From Dimorphilus gyrociliatus (lineage: Eukaryota; Animalia; Annelida), in NCBI GenBank assembly GCA_904063045.1, contig CAJFCJ010000015.1, forward strand, positions 930,001 through 994,000: a DNA stretch of 64,000 nt, read 5' to 3'. A model generated the notes under the pieces. The model searched no databases. It was not told the DNA's origin and saw only the letters and a program-made list of their open reading frames with translations. This document shows positions 22,601-35,511 of the stretch, piece by piece (position 1 is the first letter of the stretch; each line of letters begins with the position of its first letter). Made by a program: the position numbers and the translations under genes.

Positions 22601-24060
22601 AACAAAACGTAAACAATCAGAATTAATGAACAACTAACTAAATTTTATTAGGAGCGGTCAAGTAGACCTACTCTTAGGATTTATGTCTAAGAAATCTTTA
22701 CCTAAAGTCGATATAACGTTTCCCAAAGTAACTAGAGATTTATTGATACTTCCACCTTCCTTTAAACGCAGGCCACTCGTTCCAGAGACATCAGCACGCT
22801 CGCTAAAAACAAAACGTTTGTATTAAGAATATAGTTCAACACTGTCAACATTTGCCAACCTTCCAGCTAAATCAACTAGGTGAAGTTTACTATGAATCTC
22901 ACTTGGTATATCATCTTCCATTTTGGCCTGAATAGTTCATATATAGTTCAAAGAAAGGTAAAATAAAACGCAGAAAGAGCAAATAGTATTTACTTGTATA
23001 AACGATATGGTGAAAATTGCATGGGATCTGCTGCTTACATCGTTTAAAGCTGTTGAAGCTGTTGCTCTATTGTGCATTGTTGACGTAATAGATAATAAGG
23101 AAAATATATAAATTCAATATTGAACTAACCTTAGATCGTTACCCTTACGGATAAATTCTTCAACAGCTTCATAAGTAAATACACTATGTTTAGATAGGCC
23201 TTGTACGTATGGCCCGTCTTTTGGATGTTCTCTAACCCTCAGGGGCTTTGCATCTGAATCATAATCCCTCAGTAGGTCTCGAACTTTTTCGTTGTAAATT
23301 TCGCAATAACTGTAAGTATATTTATATTAAATATTAAAACTGCAAAACATCTTACAGACCTTATTTCGATTCTGTAAGAACTTTGCTCGTCGCTTAGCAT
23401 ATTGAATAGTTTTTGGCACATTCGAGGAGTTAGGCCTGCATTTTCTAATGATCCGGTCATTGTAAAAGTTTTCCCCGAACCCGTTTGACCATAAGAAAAC
23501 ACACAACCATTGTAACCTTGACATGCCGATTCGACTATTTCTTCACCTAAATCTTTAAAAATCTGTAAAAATAAAACCTCATCTGCTAGGTAAATGCCAA
23601 TAAAATAAAGACTATATAGTTTACTTTTTCTTGAGATGCAAAGTTTCTATTTTGCTTGTCAAATGAATTATATGAATAATCGTAAGTGAAGGTTTTATAT
23701 CGCTCTCTTCCCAATGTTCCCTCAATGGAATTTGGCCGAATCTACAAGGTTTGCGAGAAAATTAACAAAAATAAACGATTTAACATCTTGTGTATTCTCT
23801 TTCTATAATGCAGAATCCCTTAAGTGGAACGCATAGGCCTAGAGCTGTGCAGTTCAGAATACTCTCTCTTTTTTACTCACTTTGTTATTAATAATAGTTG
23901 TAGTATGTCCATCTTGTTCGATTATTGACTTTGAGTTTAATTCTATTTCACTGCCGGTGCAAAATCAATTTTAATAGGATAAACAAGGGAAAATGAAAAA
24001 TATCCATTCTTACCGTTGGCTGAAGGGTCGGCAGCGAACGGCCACCTTTACAGAGGACAT
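19648..24060 (-). CDS. KIF16B: Kinesin-3 KIF16B/Klp98A-like motor (motor, FHA, coiled coil; no PX domain seen)
   Basis: 19 hand-spliced exons: [37 protein letters not shown] (P-loop), [11 protein letters not shown] (switch I), LVDLAGSER (switch II), [35 protein letters not shown] ending [13 protein letters not shown], then a Glu/Lys-rich coiled coil. The 3' end is either TAA at 19648-19650 or splicing into ZW10. Confidence 0.88.
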
Positions 24061-24256
24061 ATCACCTTTTCCCTTCTTCTAGTTTTGAATTTCTTATAAA
24101 AATTCAATATATCATTGTCGAATCATTGATTTTTCTCCTCATCATAAGTTCTCTTTTGCCATATTGATCACGTGACTATTTTAACACTACGCCATCTATT
24201 GGTTTTCAAATAATTTATTTAAAGTAAAAACAAGCTAATAACTATATAAAAAATAA

Positions 24257-25135
24257 CTAATAAGGTGCAGGATAAGTAACAGATGATGGTCCAACAGAAT
24301 GTGGCCTACTAGCAACGAGAGAAGGAATAGGCGTTCCCTGAGGCTGTTCGTTTCTTGGGGGTGGCGGCGGAGGTGGTGATGGTGCCTCGGCTTTATTCTT
24401 TGCCATATACAAATCAAGGACTTGATGGCATATTTCTTCCATTAAAGGCATGGTCATATCAGGGACTAGAGCGCTCCACCATTTCGATTTGGGTCCAGAA
24501 GAAGATTTTTCAGCCCAATCAGTTATAGTAAACTTGCTTAACCTACACGCTAAGTACATGAGACTCACAGCGATGACTTCTGGCTCCCATTGAACACTAA
24601 GTGTTGTACAAAGAGAATCATTTATAAATGTCCAACACATTTGTACCATTTTCTCAATTTTTGCTTTATCAGCCTTAAGAAGTTTAGCAAATTTGATAAG
24701 AAAAGAGTAAGGATGTTTGACACTTAAATCAAACTTTAGAGTTTGTAGAAGAATTTGCTCTAGAGTCATTAGTTCTTCTCTTGAGTCTTCTCCTAGCAAA
24801 CATTCATATTGGGTACTGGCAAGAACTTTTTTTGCCTTATGAATAACATCCTTACATTTTTTCGGCGTTTCTTCAACTTTTCCTGCTAAAAGAATGCAAG
24901 TTGCTCCCATGACATGACGATCAAATTGTCTAAAAGACCGCAGCATATAAAAACGATGAAAATAAACTGTAGCAGTTGCACATGTATCATACGGAAGTCC
25001 CAAAGCATTTCCCGTGTCAAGAATAAATCTAGCACCTTCTCTCCTATACCGAGTTTCTGTTTCAGAATCTATTCCATTTAGTCTGGAAGGGGTATTCTGT
25101 CGAACGTCTTTTCGATCGTAGTACCAGCAAGGCAT
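24257..25135 (-). CDS. CCNK: Cyclin K
   Basis: Intronless [41 protein letters not shown]...YFHRFYM...[13 protein letters not shown] with a Pro-rich C-terminus. This is the cyclin K signature. Confidence 0.95.
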   Translation of the reverse strand: MPCWYYDRKDVRQNTPSRLNGIDSETETRYRREGARFILDTGNALGLPYDTCATATVYFHRFYMLRSFRQFDRHVMGATCILLAGKVEETPKKCKDVIHKAKKVLASTQYECLLGEDSREELMTLEQILLQTLKFDLSVKHPYSFLIKFAKLLKADKAKIEKMVQMCWTFINDSLCTTLSVQWEPEVIAVSLMYLACRLSKFTITDWAEKSSSGPKSKWWSALVPDMTMPLMEEICHQVLDLYMAKNKAEAPSPPPPPPPRNEQPQGTPIPSLVASRPHSVGPSSVTYPAPY

Positions 25136-25319
25136 TTTAGAAACAATAAACGATTATTTATTGAAAATCCGCTAATATATGCCAAGGGATGACAAATTCC
25201 AATAAATTGAACTCGACTTTGACTGAGATCTTTATATCGGTAGAGAATCCCTAAGACTGAGTACAATTATGCGATTTAGTCTGCTGAAAATTTTCGTCCC
25301 GTTTGACGAATATGCGAAG

Positions 25320-25346
25320 TGTTTCCGGTTTATGACTTCCGGTTCC
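25320..25346. promoter_or_regulatory. Tandem ETS-like TTCCGG motifs in the CCNK/DNAJC7 divergent promoter
   Basis: ttccgg at 25323-25328 and acttccggtt at 25335-25344, lying between two head-to-head housekeeping genes. Confidence 0.45.
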
Positions 25347-25947
25347 AGAAAACATTTACCGCCAACGTAAAGTAACTTTACAGCAATATTGAAAAATAAT
25401 TAAAGAAACAGAAAAATTTAACTAATAAATATTCTTGAAATATTTATTAGTAAGCTTTGTCAAGTCTGATTCTACTAACTTTATCCTTGACGGTAATTCT
25501 TAAGAAACATTTTTTGTAACATTTTGTTTTATTAAAAGACTGTATAGGTTGAAATAATTTACTTAAGGAAAATTTAATAAGGTAGAAACCTTCAAACTAA
25601 TTACTTATACACATGCGCAAATGATAATAAACGGGAAACACATTGGTTTTAAATATAGTGTTAGTATGGTTTGTGTTCCTCTCACAGTTTCAAAATATGA
25701 TTTACCATCCATGGTTCTGGCAACACTTGTATTACCTTAAACAAAATGATAAAATTAAGTATTAATCCTAAGACGCTACCAATAATTTTCTGCAATCTCA
25801 GATTTTCAAAATGGTGGACACATAAAAGAACTTAACCTTCTTTTTGAAATGCAAAAGATGGTTATGTCTACTTAATCACGTTACACGAGAATTGGCGAGA
25901 GCTCTGTCTGTGATTCAACTTGATTACGGTCGATCACTACTCGGACT

Positions 25948-28111
25948 ATGGGAGAAGAAAGTATAATTTTAGAAAAACCAGGAAATCAAATGGAGTCTCA
26001 AATGGAAGTCGATGCGCACAAGGAGGTTTCCGAGCTTACCGATGAACAGTTAGTTTAAAACATTTTTTATTAAACCTAAATAATGAACATTTTTAGTTCG
26101 AATAGCCAATGTTTCTAGAATTTTCGATGTTCATATTGAGGAGAGGCACGTGTATGTCGAATTCCTGTGTCATATAATTAACATTATGTATTCTCTTCAA
26201 GAAGATATTAGTAGAAGATAATAAAAAAATTTACCTTAAAATTATTTATAATATCCTTCTATTGTTTTTTTTGTAGAAAAGCTGTTCTTGCAGAAAAAAC
26301 GAAAGAAGAGGGAAATGCAGCCTATAAAGAAAAGCAATATGACCTAGCATTAGATTGCTATTCCAAAGCTATAAGTAATTTAATTTGATAATATGTTAAT
26401 GTTAGTTCACAAAAAAAGATTTTTTAAAATCTCAGTAGAAATAATTCTAATTTATCTCTGATTAGGAAATTGTTTAATTCTTAACAGCCTTGTGCCCAAA
26501 TTGTGCAGCATATTATGGAAATCGTGCGGCTGTTCTTATGATGCTTAACCAACACTCAGAAGCTCTTAAAGATGCTAGGCAGTCAACTCAAATAGACCCC
26601 CAATTCTACAAGGTGATGATCACAATACATAAAAGTACTTGCATTTTAGTCATGATATTATTGCTTTTTAAGGGCTTTGTGCGCACAGCAAAATGTCTTT
26701 TAAGTCTTGGGGAGCCAAAAGCTGCAATAAATCAATTAGAACGTGCTGCTCAATTAACACCAAACAATGATCAGCTGAAATTTGATTTTGAACAGGCTAA
26801 AAAATTACTGTCATATCTCGAAGCCTCTGATAAAGCTTACGAATGCGGTGACTTTAGGAAAGTTGTTTATTGTATGGATAGATGCATAGATATTTCACCA
26901 GGATGTATAAAATTTATAACCAACAAAGCAGAATGTCTTGCTTTACTAAAGAGATACGAAGAGGCACAATCCATTGCCTTGTAAGTATTGAAATTTAAGT
27001 ATGAAATAAGTAAAATGAATGGAATTTTTTCAGTGATTTGTTAAGGAAAGATAATCTTAATGCCGATGCTCTCTACGTTAGAGGATTATGTTTGTATTAC
27101 GAGGATAATGTTGACAAAGCGTTTTCTCATTTTCAACGGGTTTTGCAATTAGCCCCAGATCATATAAAAGCTAAAACAGTATACAAAGTATGAAAATTAA
27201 TGATGAAAAAATATAAATTTAATTAAATAAATCAAAATTTTCAGAAAGCCAAAAGTTTAATTGCAAAAAAAGAGGAAGGGAATACTGCCTTTAAAAGTGG
27301 AGAATTTGACAAAGCTTATGAAGTATACACTTCCGCTCTGAACATTGACCCTTTAAATGTATTTACAAATTCGAAATTATACTGCAATCGAGCAACTGTG
27401 TGCTCAAAATTAGGCAAGAACAAGAACGCAATAGAAGATTGTAGTAAAGCTATATCTTTAGATGAATCATATTTGAAGGCTTACTTGAGAAGAGCCAAAT
27501 GTTATATGGATGAAGAACAATATGAAGAAGCGGTTGTTGATTATGAAAAAATTTTTCAAATGCAAAAAACTAGGGAAAATAAACAAGCCTTACAAAATGC
27601 TAAATTAGAACTAAAAAAGTCAAAAAGGAAAGATTATTATAAAATACTAGGTATAAGTAAAACATCTTCTGATGACGAAATCAGAAAAGCTTATCGGAAG
27701 AGGGCGCTACGACATCATCCTGATAGACATTCATCAGCCGATGACGAAACTAAAAAAGAAGAAGAAAAGAAGTTTAAGGAAATAGGAGAAGCATATGCTG
27801 TATTATCTGATCCCAAGAAAAGAGAAAGATACGACACTGGACAAGATCTGGATGAAGGAGGATTCCGTAATTATTTTTGACTTTTCAATAATTATAAGAT
27901 TTATAAACTTTATTTACTTTATAGAATCCGATTTCGATCCCAACACTATCTTTCAAGCATTTTTCGGAGGAGGTGGTAGCCGGAATGGAGGTAGCTAGAC
28001 AATGATTTGAAAGTTTATAAATTGTAAATCTTGACATTTTGAACAGGGTTTCCATTTGGAGGTGCAGGGGGATTTCCTGGCGATTCTAGTTTTTCTTTCT
28101 CCTTTGGATAA
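25948..28111 (+). CDS. DNAJC7: DnaJ homolog subfamily C member 7 (TPR repeats plus J domain)
   Basis: Multi-exon gene. TPR repeats ([20 protein letters not shown]; YYGNRAA). J domain RKDYYKILG...[14 protein letters not shown] with the HPD motif. Gly/Phe-rich end [21 protein letters not shown]. Confidence 0.95.
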
Positions 28112-29571
28112 TTCAAGGGAGAGAGAACAGACGAAACAAAATATACTTTCTTCTCTCATTCAAGAAAGAGATAAATTTGGAGAGATAACTTTAAAAGCAA
28201 TTCGACTCAGCTTATTATTGATTGCTTGTTTCTACCTATACGTTTTTAACAATAGAGTTTTCACTGTATATAATAATGTAAACTTATTTGATCTAAATAT
28301 ATTGTGTATTCAAGAGATATTTCGTAAGGAGAAGCAATTAACCTTTCCATATTTCGTTTATTCTATCAAATTTTCTCAGGGCAAAAGAGATATAAAAGCT
28401 GACGTTGAAGTAATGCGTGTTTCTTTCAAGACAGCGATAAAACCTGTCAATTAGTATGCACCACATGCGCCCATCTTTATCATACTCAACTACGTAAGAA
28501 TTCTACTCAGCCTATAGAACTACGACCGCTTCGCAAGTTATGAAAGAACTTATATCTTTCTATTAGTCAAAAGCAGATGCTTATTACATTAAAGAAAATC
28601 ACGAAACAATATTCTAACATTATTAATTTAAAAAATTACATATCTGCAGCCTGCGAGTAATGCATGGTAATAAGATTGTCTAACGTAGATAAAGAGCATT
28701 AGCTTAGAGAGCTGGTTATTCCTTTAAACGTTTTCTCTTCTGACTCTCTAATTATCAATCTATTTACGATTTAAGTCCAAGATCTGTGACAAATCTTTTT
28801 AAGTGCGTTGAATAAACTGAAAAATGGAGAATTTGTCGTTTCTTATATTTTAATGATGTTGTGTACCAAGAACGCAAATTACGCGTGTAAAAAACATTAG
28901 TGATCTGGTGTGACCTTAACTTAATAACGAACAATTTGCAAATTGTAAGCGAGGGAAAGGAAATTAATATGCACGATAAACAATTTTTACAGATCCAGAT
29001 CAAAAGGGGTAATTTTCAGATTAAAGCCTATAGGCCATTCACCGTTAGATGGCGCGATTAATACAGTTAAAACATAATCACTTCTCTCCGTCTGTCTATT
29101 TCTCTCTTCTCTCTAAATTTTTTATTTATTCATTAAAAGCGTTTGAAGTAGGTAGAAGGGTAAAGAGGAGAAAACTATGTTATTTGTTATTTTTTTTCTA
29201 TAATGCTTTTCTATTAATTCAATAGGCAATTATGCACAATGGATAAACATAAAGTACATTATTACGGTCAGTCTGAAAAGCAAAACAAAAACCCTCTTTG
29301 GAGGAGGTAAAACTAAACCTAATTTATAGATGAACTTGCGTCATTTAAGTCTCGGAAATTTCACACTGTTTTTTTATTGGAAGGAAAAAATCTGGTGCAT
29401 TCTATACCATAAATATCATAAAGGAATACTGAGTGATATAATGGAAAAACAATGCACCGTAACAGAACTATACTATTAATAATGAATGATATTGCTTATT
29501 CTTTTTAAAATGTATTATTCTATGTACTGGAAAAATTTTCGTAATAAAGAAGTAAGAATATAAAGTTTTGA

Positions 29572-29613
<42 letters not shown>

Positions 29614-30102
29614 AAAAGAGAGAAAATGATAAAAACAATCCACAGTAAAAAGAAATACTATGAGCTAGCATTAAGGAGATAGATAAAGAAAAAAACAAAG
29701 TAAAGAAGACAAATTGATAAAAGAAAAGAGTAGTTTATCATAGATTCATTTTTTTCTTTTTATTTGTAAAAATTAATAGATTAAAAAATTTTCAACGAGA
29801 ACGTTAGGAATAAAATGTATACTCGCTTAAGAAGATTCTATCGAATATTAATACAATCAAGCGTGTATAATATCTCCATGCAACTTAATAAAACAGAAAA
29901 GATAATAAAGAGAACGAAGACACCTGTGCGAATAAAAACGATAAAGAAAGAACATCGATATATTCGCGTTTTGTCGGTTGCTTTTTATAATTTGAATATT
30001 AATTATGACGATTCGTTATTTTTCATTAATTGTTTAAATACACTTTACTTTTGAATATACAAAAGTTAATTGCTATAAATATATACTGAATATACAATCA
30101 AA

Positions 30103-30114
30103 TATATATATATA

Positions 30115-30156
<42 letters not shown>
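30103..30156. repeat. (TA)n microsatellite
   Basis: Long TA dinucleotide run, read directly. Similar runs lie near 4515, 31195, 31662 and 38068. Confidence 0.9.
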
Positions 30157-30159
<3 letters not shown>

Positions 30160-30248
30160 ATACCATAAATGCCTGTTTGATACTTCTTGTTGAGAATACT
30201 ATGTATATTTTAAGTAGATAAAGGACCACACCCAAATAAGCGTTTTTT

Positions 30249-31657
30249 TTAAAAGTCGCCCTCATCCATGATTGAACGCTGAAGCCAGGCGTCGTTTCTG
30301 TTAACTGATGTGTTGACGTGAGCTTCGGCTTTCATTAATAAGCCGCACAGAACGAATATACAAGCGACAGCAATAAGTACACTCAATAAAATTATGACTC
30401 CAGTATGAGTAGCAAATTGCAATATTTCTTTATACAAAGAATATTCATCGGTTAGAATTGACGGTGTTGTCACATTATGGTCATCGTAAAAGGTCGATGT
30501 AACAGTCAAGTGCATGACGTCATCTGTAATGAAAAACAAATGTATATAGCCTGAATAAAACGACAGTTTTTTCAAATGTAAAGCCACAGACTTTGACCCT
30601 CTTAGTGATGTTTATTCGTTATTTCTAAATCATTAGGGGAATCAAAGTATTTTGTTAATTTTACAGTAACGAGGATAATGTGAGAAAAGCTTGTTTTTTT
30701 TATACACCTTCTTTTTTACAAACATTCACATTTATTGTTTATTTTTATTATTACCCCATTTTCAAGAAATACTATTTTTTTTGGAAAGGGGGGTGGGGAG
30801 AGGGGTGGTGGGGAGAGAACAAAAAAAAGCGGTCAAGGAGAGCCGCACCTGCTCATAAGATCTTTTCTTCTATCTCTATATTTCTCTTTCTCCTTTTTCT
30901 GGTCTTGTCTGCATTATGACCAGGTCAAGGGAACAAGCGAGAAACTATGACTTTTTCACCTTCAAAGCATTGAAAAGGGTATTTTTCCCTTATTTATTGA
31001 AGAGTGAACTGCTTTCCGTTTATACAATTAAAGAATATGAGGCAATGTTGGATGGGGTACTGGAATAAGACTAGCTTTAAGAATGTTAGTATATTTGAAC
31101 GCTTCCACAGCAAATAATTAGTTCTCTATGTCATATCATCCATAGTCATTCTACTGCTTTTATAATAGTTAAAACTCTTATGGCTTTAATAAACGTATAT
31201 ATATATATATATATATATAAAAGCTTGAGAAAATACTATTACAGACAATACTTCATTAAAGTGGGTATAAGGATAAAGTATTTATTTAGCAAATAATTAG
31301 ACAATATGAAGGCAATATAAAGAAATTGAAGGAATAAGAGATAATAATATTAAAATAGTGATTATATTGATATTGAAATGGTGTATAATAACATAAAAAT
31401 AAAAACAATATTGTAGTTTATAATATACGCCCTCATAAAAGATAGTTTATATACTTTATACGGTTATGTGCTAATATTTTTTATAGTATACACAGTTCTC
31501 TCCATATCATTAATATATACCTATTAATTGCACGATTTTATTATAAAAAGCTTTAGTAATGAAAAATAACGGACTGACATAATAAAATATATATTCACCG
31601 ATAACGCCTACGTTTCCCATTTATTATATAACTTTACATAAACTTATATCTAGATAT

Positions 31658-31701
<44 letters not shown>

Positions 31702-32284
31702 CTTAATAAATAGCTAAAACATCTAATACTACATTTACGTATTTAAATCATTCATTTTATTTTACAGTCTTTATTCATACAAAAAAGTATCCTTTTCGTA
31801 TAAATAAATGATTGATTATAAATTTTATCAAATAAAACAACATCGTATAAAAGTTGTAACTTATCTTTCTTTTTAGAATATAGATATTTTATAATAGTAT
31901 TAATGATTGAGGAAAAATCAACTCACGATCTTTAAAAAGTCCTTTTGCAAAGATGGAAAAAAAACTTGAATAAACTAATTATATTATATAATATTGTATA
32001 TGAATATATAATATATAGTTCTTGTTGAGTAATAAAGGAAGTAGATAGCCTTTGCAATTATCTTCAGTAGACGTTTATCAGACAGTCTTTCTTACAAATA
32101 TTATTATATCCGTTTATTCTGGTAAAAGTGCATTTAAGTAAGTTTAGAAGAAGAAAGAGTTGTATAGAGAGATATGATTTTAAGTATAAATATATATGAG
32201 TTATCTGTATATATATATATATATACGTGCACGGCTCTCTGCGATGTAGATGATGCGAAAGCTAGCTGAAGTCTGGTTTAGCAT
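30249..32284 (-). CDS. Putative small single-pass membrane protein (about 110 aa, two exons)
   Basis: Exon 32227-32284 (MLNQTSASFRIIYIAESRA, phase 1, GTATAT donor) joins in frame to the acceptor tttcattacag near 30524, giving HDVMHLTV...TGVIILLSVLIAVACIFVLCGLLMK...EGDF*. The upstream exon is tentative. Confidence 0.45.
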
Positions 32285-32509
32285 TCCATATCATGACTAA
32301 TTAATATACATTCGAGAATTTATTCTGATATAATTTCCTTTTATTTATTTCTCTTTTCTGTAAATTAACGTTGGGTCATATAATAATAGCATAAAAATAT
32401 TCATTTATAATTTATTATTATATGTCATTAATATGCATAAAAGTATAAAGAGGAAGTTAGACATAAAGAGGGGGGAGATAGTGAGTAAGAGCGTACATGA
32501 GTGAGTGTA

Positions 32510-32600
32510 CGAGGGAGAGAGAGAGAGAGGTTGAGTGAACCGATACATAGATAGACAGATAGATAGATAGATAGAAAGAGAGAGAGAGAGAGAGAGAGAA
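32510..32600. repeat. Compound (GA)n/(GATA)n microsatellite
   Basis: gagagagaga and atagatagac/agatagatag arrays, read directly. Confidence 0.85.
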
Positions 32601-34315
32601 AAAGATGGATAAAAGTAATGGGAAAATAGAGAAAAAAACATCTTGTACATTTATTCAGCAGTGTAATAAAAGTAACTTGCAGATTTATATTTCGTTTTTT
32701 CACGTGTAAAACTTTAGCTTTTCTTTAGAGTAACTGAAAAAAAAAACATTGCAATATACCGATTGACCTCCTTTTTTCAATTTGATCTTTGTCTCCCTTT
32801 AAAGATCAAAATGTAAACTAATTACAAGGCATATTTTATCGAAAAACTTCAAAATAGTGATGATAATAATAACATAAATAATAATAATGTGTTAAAAAAC
32901 GGTACAAAAATAATTTTCATCTTCTTCCTTTAGATAGAAGATGCGATAATCAATAGAAACAAAAAATGAAAAGTATTATCCCATCAATTTTTTGCAGTCG
33001 CTATAGGTTTGGTAACAATTTTTCTGTGGGGACAGCAAAACACTTTCAATATAGAAAAAAATCCATTGAATTGATTCTAGCTTATAAAAATACACACAAT
33101 AAATAAATAAGTAATAAAAGACTGGACTTTAAGATTAGACACCCGATCGAATAATTGCGATAAACTACGCCATCTAGCGTAGAATAGAACATCACCCTAA
33201 CAGTCGTAGGGAAGGGAGTCGGTCATTCGATTTTCCTATAGTGGAAAAAAACCAAAGAACAATACAGTATCTGATCGAAAGTGTATTGAGAGAAGCCTTT
33301 CATGGATCACAATCCGTAATCGGTGAGTAGATAGTTATGAAATAAAACTGTGTTTTATTATTTCAAACTTATTAATACAATAGAACTTTATTATATAATA
33401 TAAGCGCTCTACTGTGATATATACATATATAAGTATAATTATATTGTGTTTTAATAAACAAAAAGCGTCAATAACTTTTCCTAAAAAACATATTTTTTCC
33501 AATATAAACAAACGAAATTATAATGAAATGAAAACAAACTTTTCCTACCAGTTTTTGTTTGTATCCCTTTATCTTGGTGATTTTTTTTAGTAATAAAAAA
33601 TTTCCTATTCTATTATTTTACCGAATAAAACGGAAAATTTAACTTTTATCTTTATTCTTTCCCCTCCTTCTCTCTTCTTGTTCTTGTTCTCTCCTATTGT
33701 TATTGTTAAGCTTTGATAAAAATAAACAATAGTTTTATTTTATTTTATAAGTAAATAGAAAAAGATAAATTATAGTCAAGTCATAAATAAGACTTCTTTA
33801 GGAAAATAGGAAGAGAAGCGTTAGAAAATCCTACCCTATTCTGTCTATATAAGAAATGACGGTATCGAAAATCCACAGTGTCTAAGACTTTAACCTTAAA
33901 GCATTTAACGATCTTTTACGATAAATAAGTTAGGATTATTAGGAGAAGAAGAATAAATAACTCTAGAGTATTAATATGAGATTATTCTTTACATTCTGAA
34001 TATATTTGATGTAAATATACATAAATTTACATGTGCACTGATATTATATCCTTTGCATGATATATTTATAAACATATTTATTATTTATGTATATCCATAT
34101 TTTGTTTAATGCAATCTTACTCAACAGTAAATGTTTGAATGATAAAGAAAGAAAAAAACATTGATGGATTAACTTAAAAGAAAATACAATAGCAAAACTC
34201 TCTTCATTTTTTTCCTCTCTTATATTCCGTCTCGCCTTCGCTCTCTCTCTCTCTCTCTCTCCTTCTGTCTCTCTGTCTTATTTTAACTAACTATTTTCCT
34301 TTTTACGATTAAAAA

Positions 34316-35511
34316 ATGAACGAAACAAATTCAACATTCCTTTCTCAACATTTCTTCGATAAGATCTCTCAACGTTACGTCATTCCGGCAATTGCTGCTA
34401 TCGGTATTATTGGTAATACTTTAAATTTATTGGTTCTGACCAAGAAAAGGATACGCTGCTCAGTTGAAATACAAGAACGGACTATATTTACTGGACTTGT
34501 CGCATTAGCATTATCAGATTTATGTTTTTGTTTTGCAATGATACCAAGAGCATTTGTAGGATTGAATACTGTATTATTTGATAAAAACGATACTACTATT
34601 TACTACCAACTGTACTGCTCTGGTTTAATATCCACTTTTGGATGCGTGAGTACATGGCTAATCGTCTTATTGGCATTACTTCGATATTTTGCAATTTGCT
34701 ATCCTTTTAAAGCCAGGTAAGAATTGTTTCCCCCAAAAATATCCCCAATTTCTCTTTTCTATCTTTCAAGAGATCTTTTTATAGAGAATTGGTCAATGCT
34801 AAGAGAACTTATTACGCTGTACTTGTCGTATGGATCTTAGCGATAATTATTAATCTTCCAACGTTCTGGCAATTTAGGGAGGTTGAAATCAATGATAAAG
34901 GTTCTGAGAAGAAATTGGTCGATCTGGGCGAAATGTCACATGGGAATATTTATGGTTTGGTCTATTTATGGTTTCGTTTGGTGGTTGCAGTCTTCGTTCC
35001 TGCCATAACATTAGTATTTTGTAATGTAGCTTTAATAAGGGCCTTACGAAATTCGGAAAAAATGAGAACTAATGCCTTCGCTTCCGGTCACTTAGCAAAT
35101 AGCCGTCGTATAACTATAACTTTAATTACCATCTTCGTCGCCTTTATATGCCTAGTTTTTCCATCGGATTTGATGGACGCCTGTACTCATCTCTTACTGA
35201 ATCCCGTCCAACAGGTGGAAACTTTCATAGCCGTAAGGGGTTTGACCAATATAGCTCAAATGTTGAACTTTTCCTGTAACTTTTTATTATATTTCCTTAT
35301 TAATTTACAATTTCGGAAAGCTTTAGCTAAATTGTGCGGATGCAATAGAACCGGAAGTAACGGCAGTCGATCGAATAATTCCAGATTCTCCTATAGAATA
35401 GTTAATGACAATGTAAGACTTGTCTTCTCTTCCTCTTTGAAGAACATTGACCGGATTTCTCTTCCACCGCCGGCTACCGCATCCAGATTTTGTAACGAAA
35501 AACAGCTTTGA
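34316..35511 (+). CDS. Class A GPCR, FMRFamide/peptide-receptor-like
   Basis: Two exons (intron 34717-34784, in frame). TM1 GIIGNTLNLLVL, TM2 LALSDL, TM3 LRYFAICYP, TM7 NFSCNFLLYFLINLQFR. Confidence 0.88.

Noticed and set aside
28056-28454. 132-aa ORF after DNAJC7
   Set aside because: It overlaps the last DNAJC7 exon in another frame and runs into AT-rich 3' UTR. It has no protein-like features.
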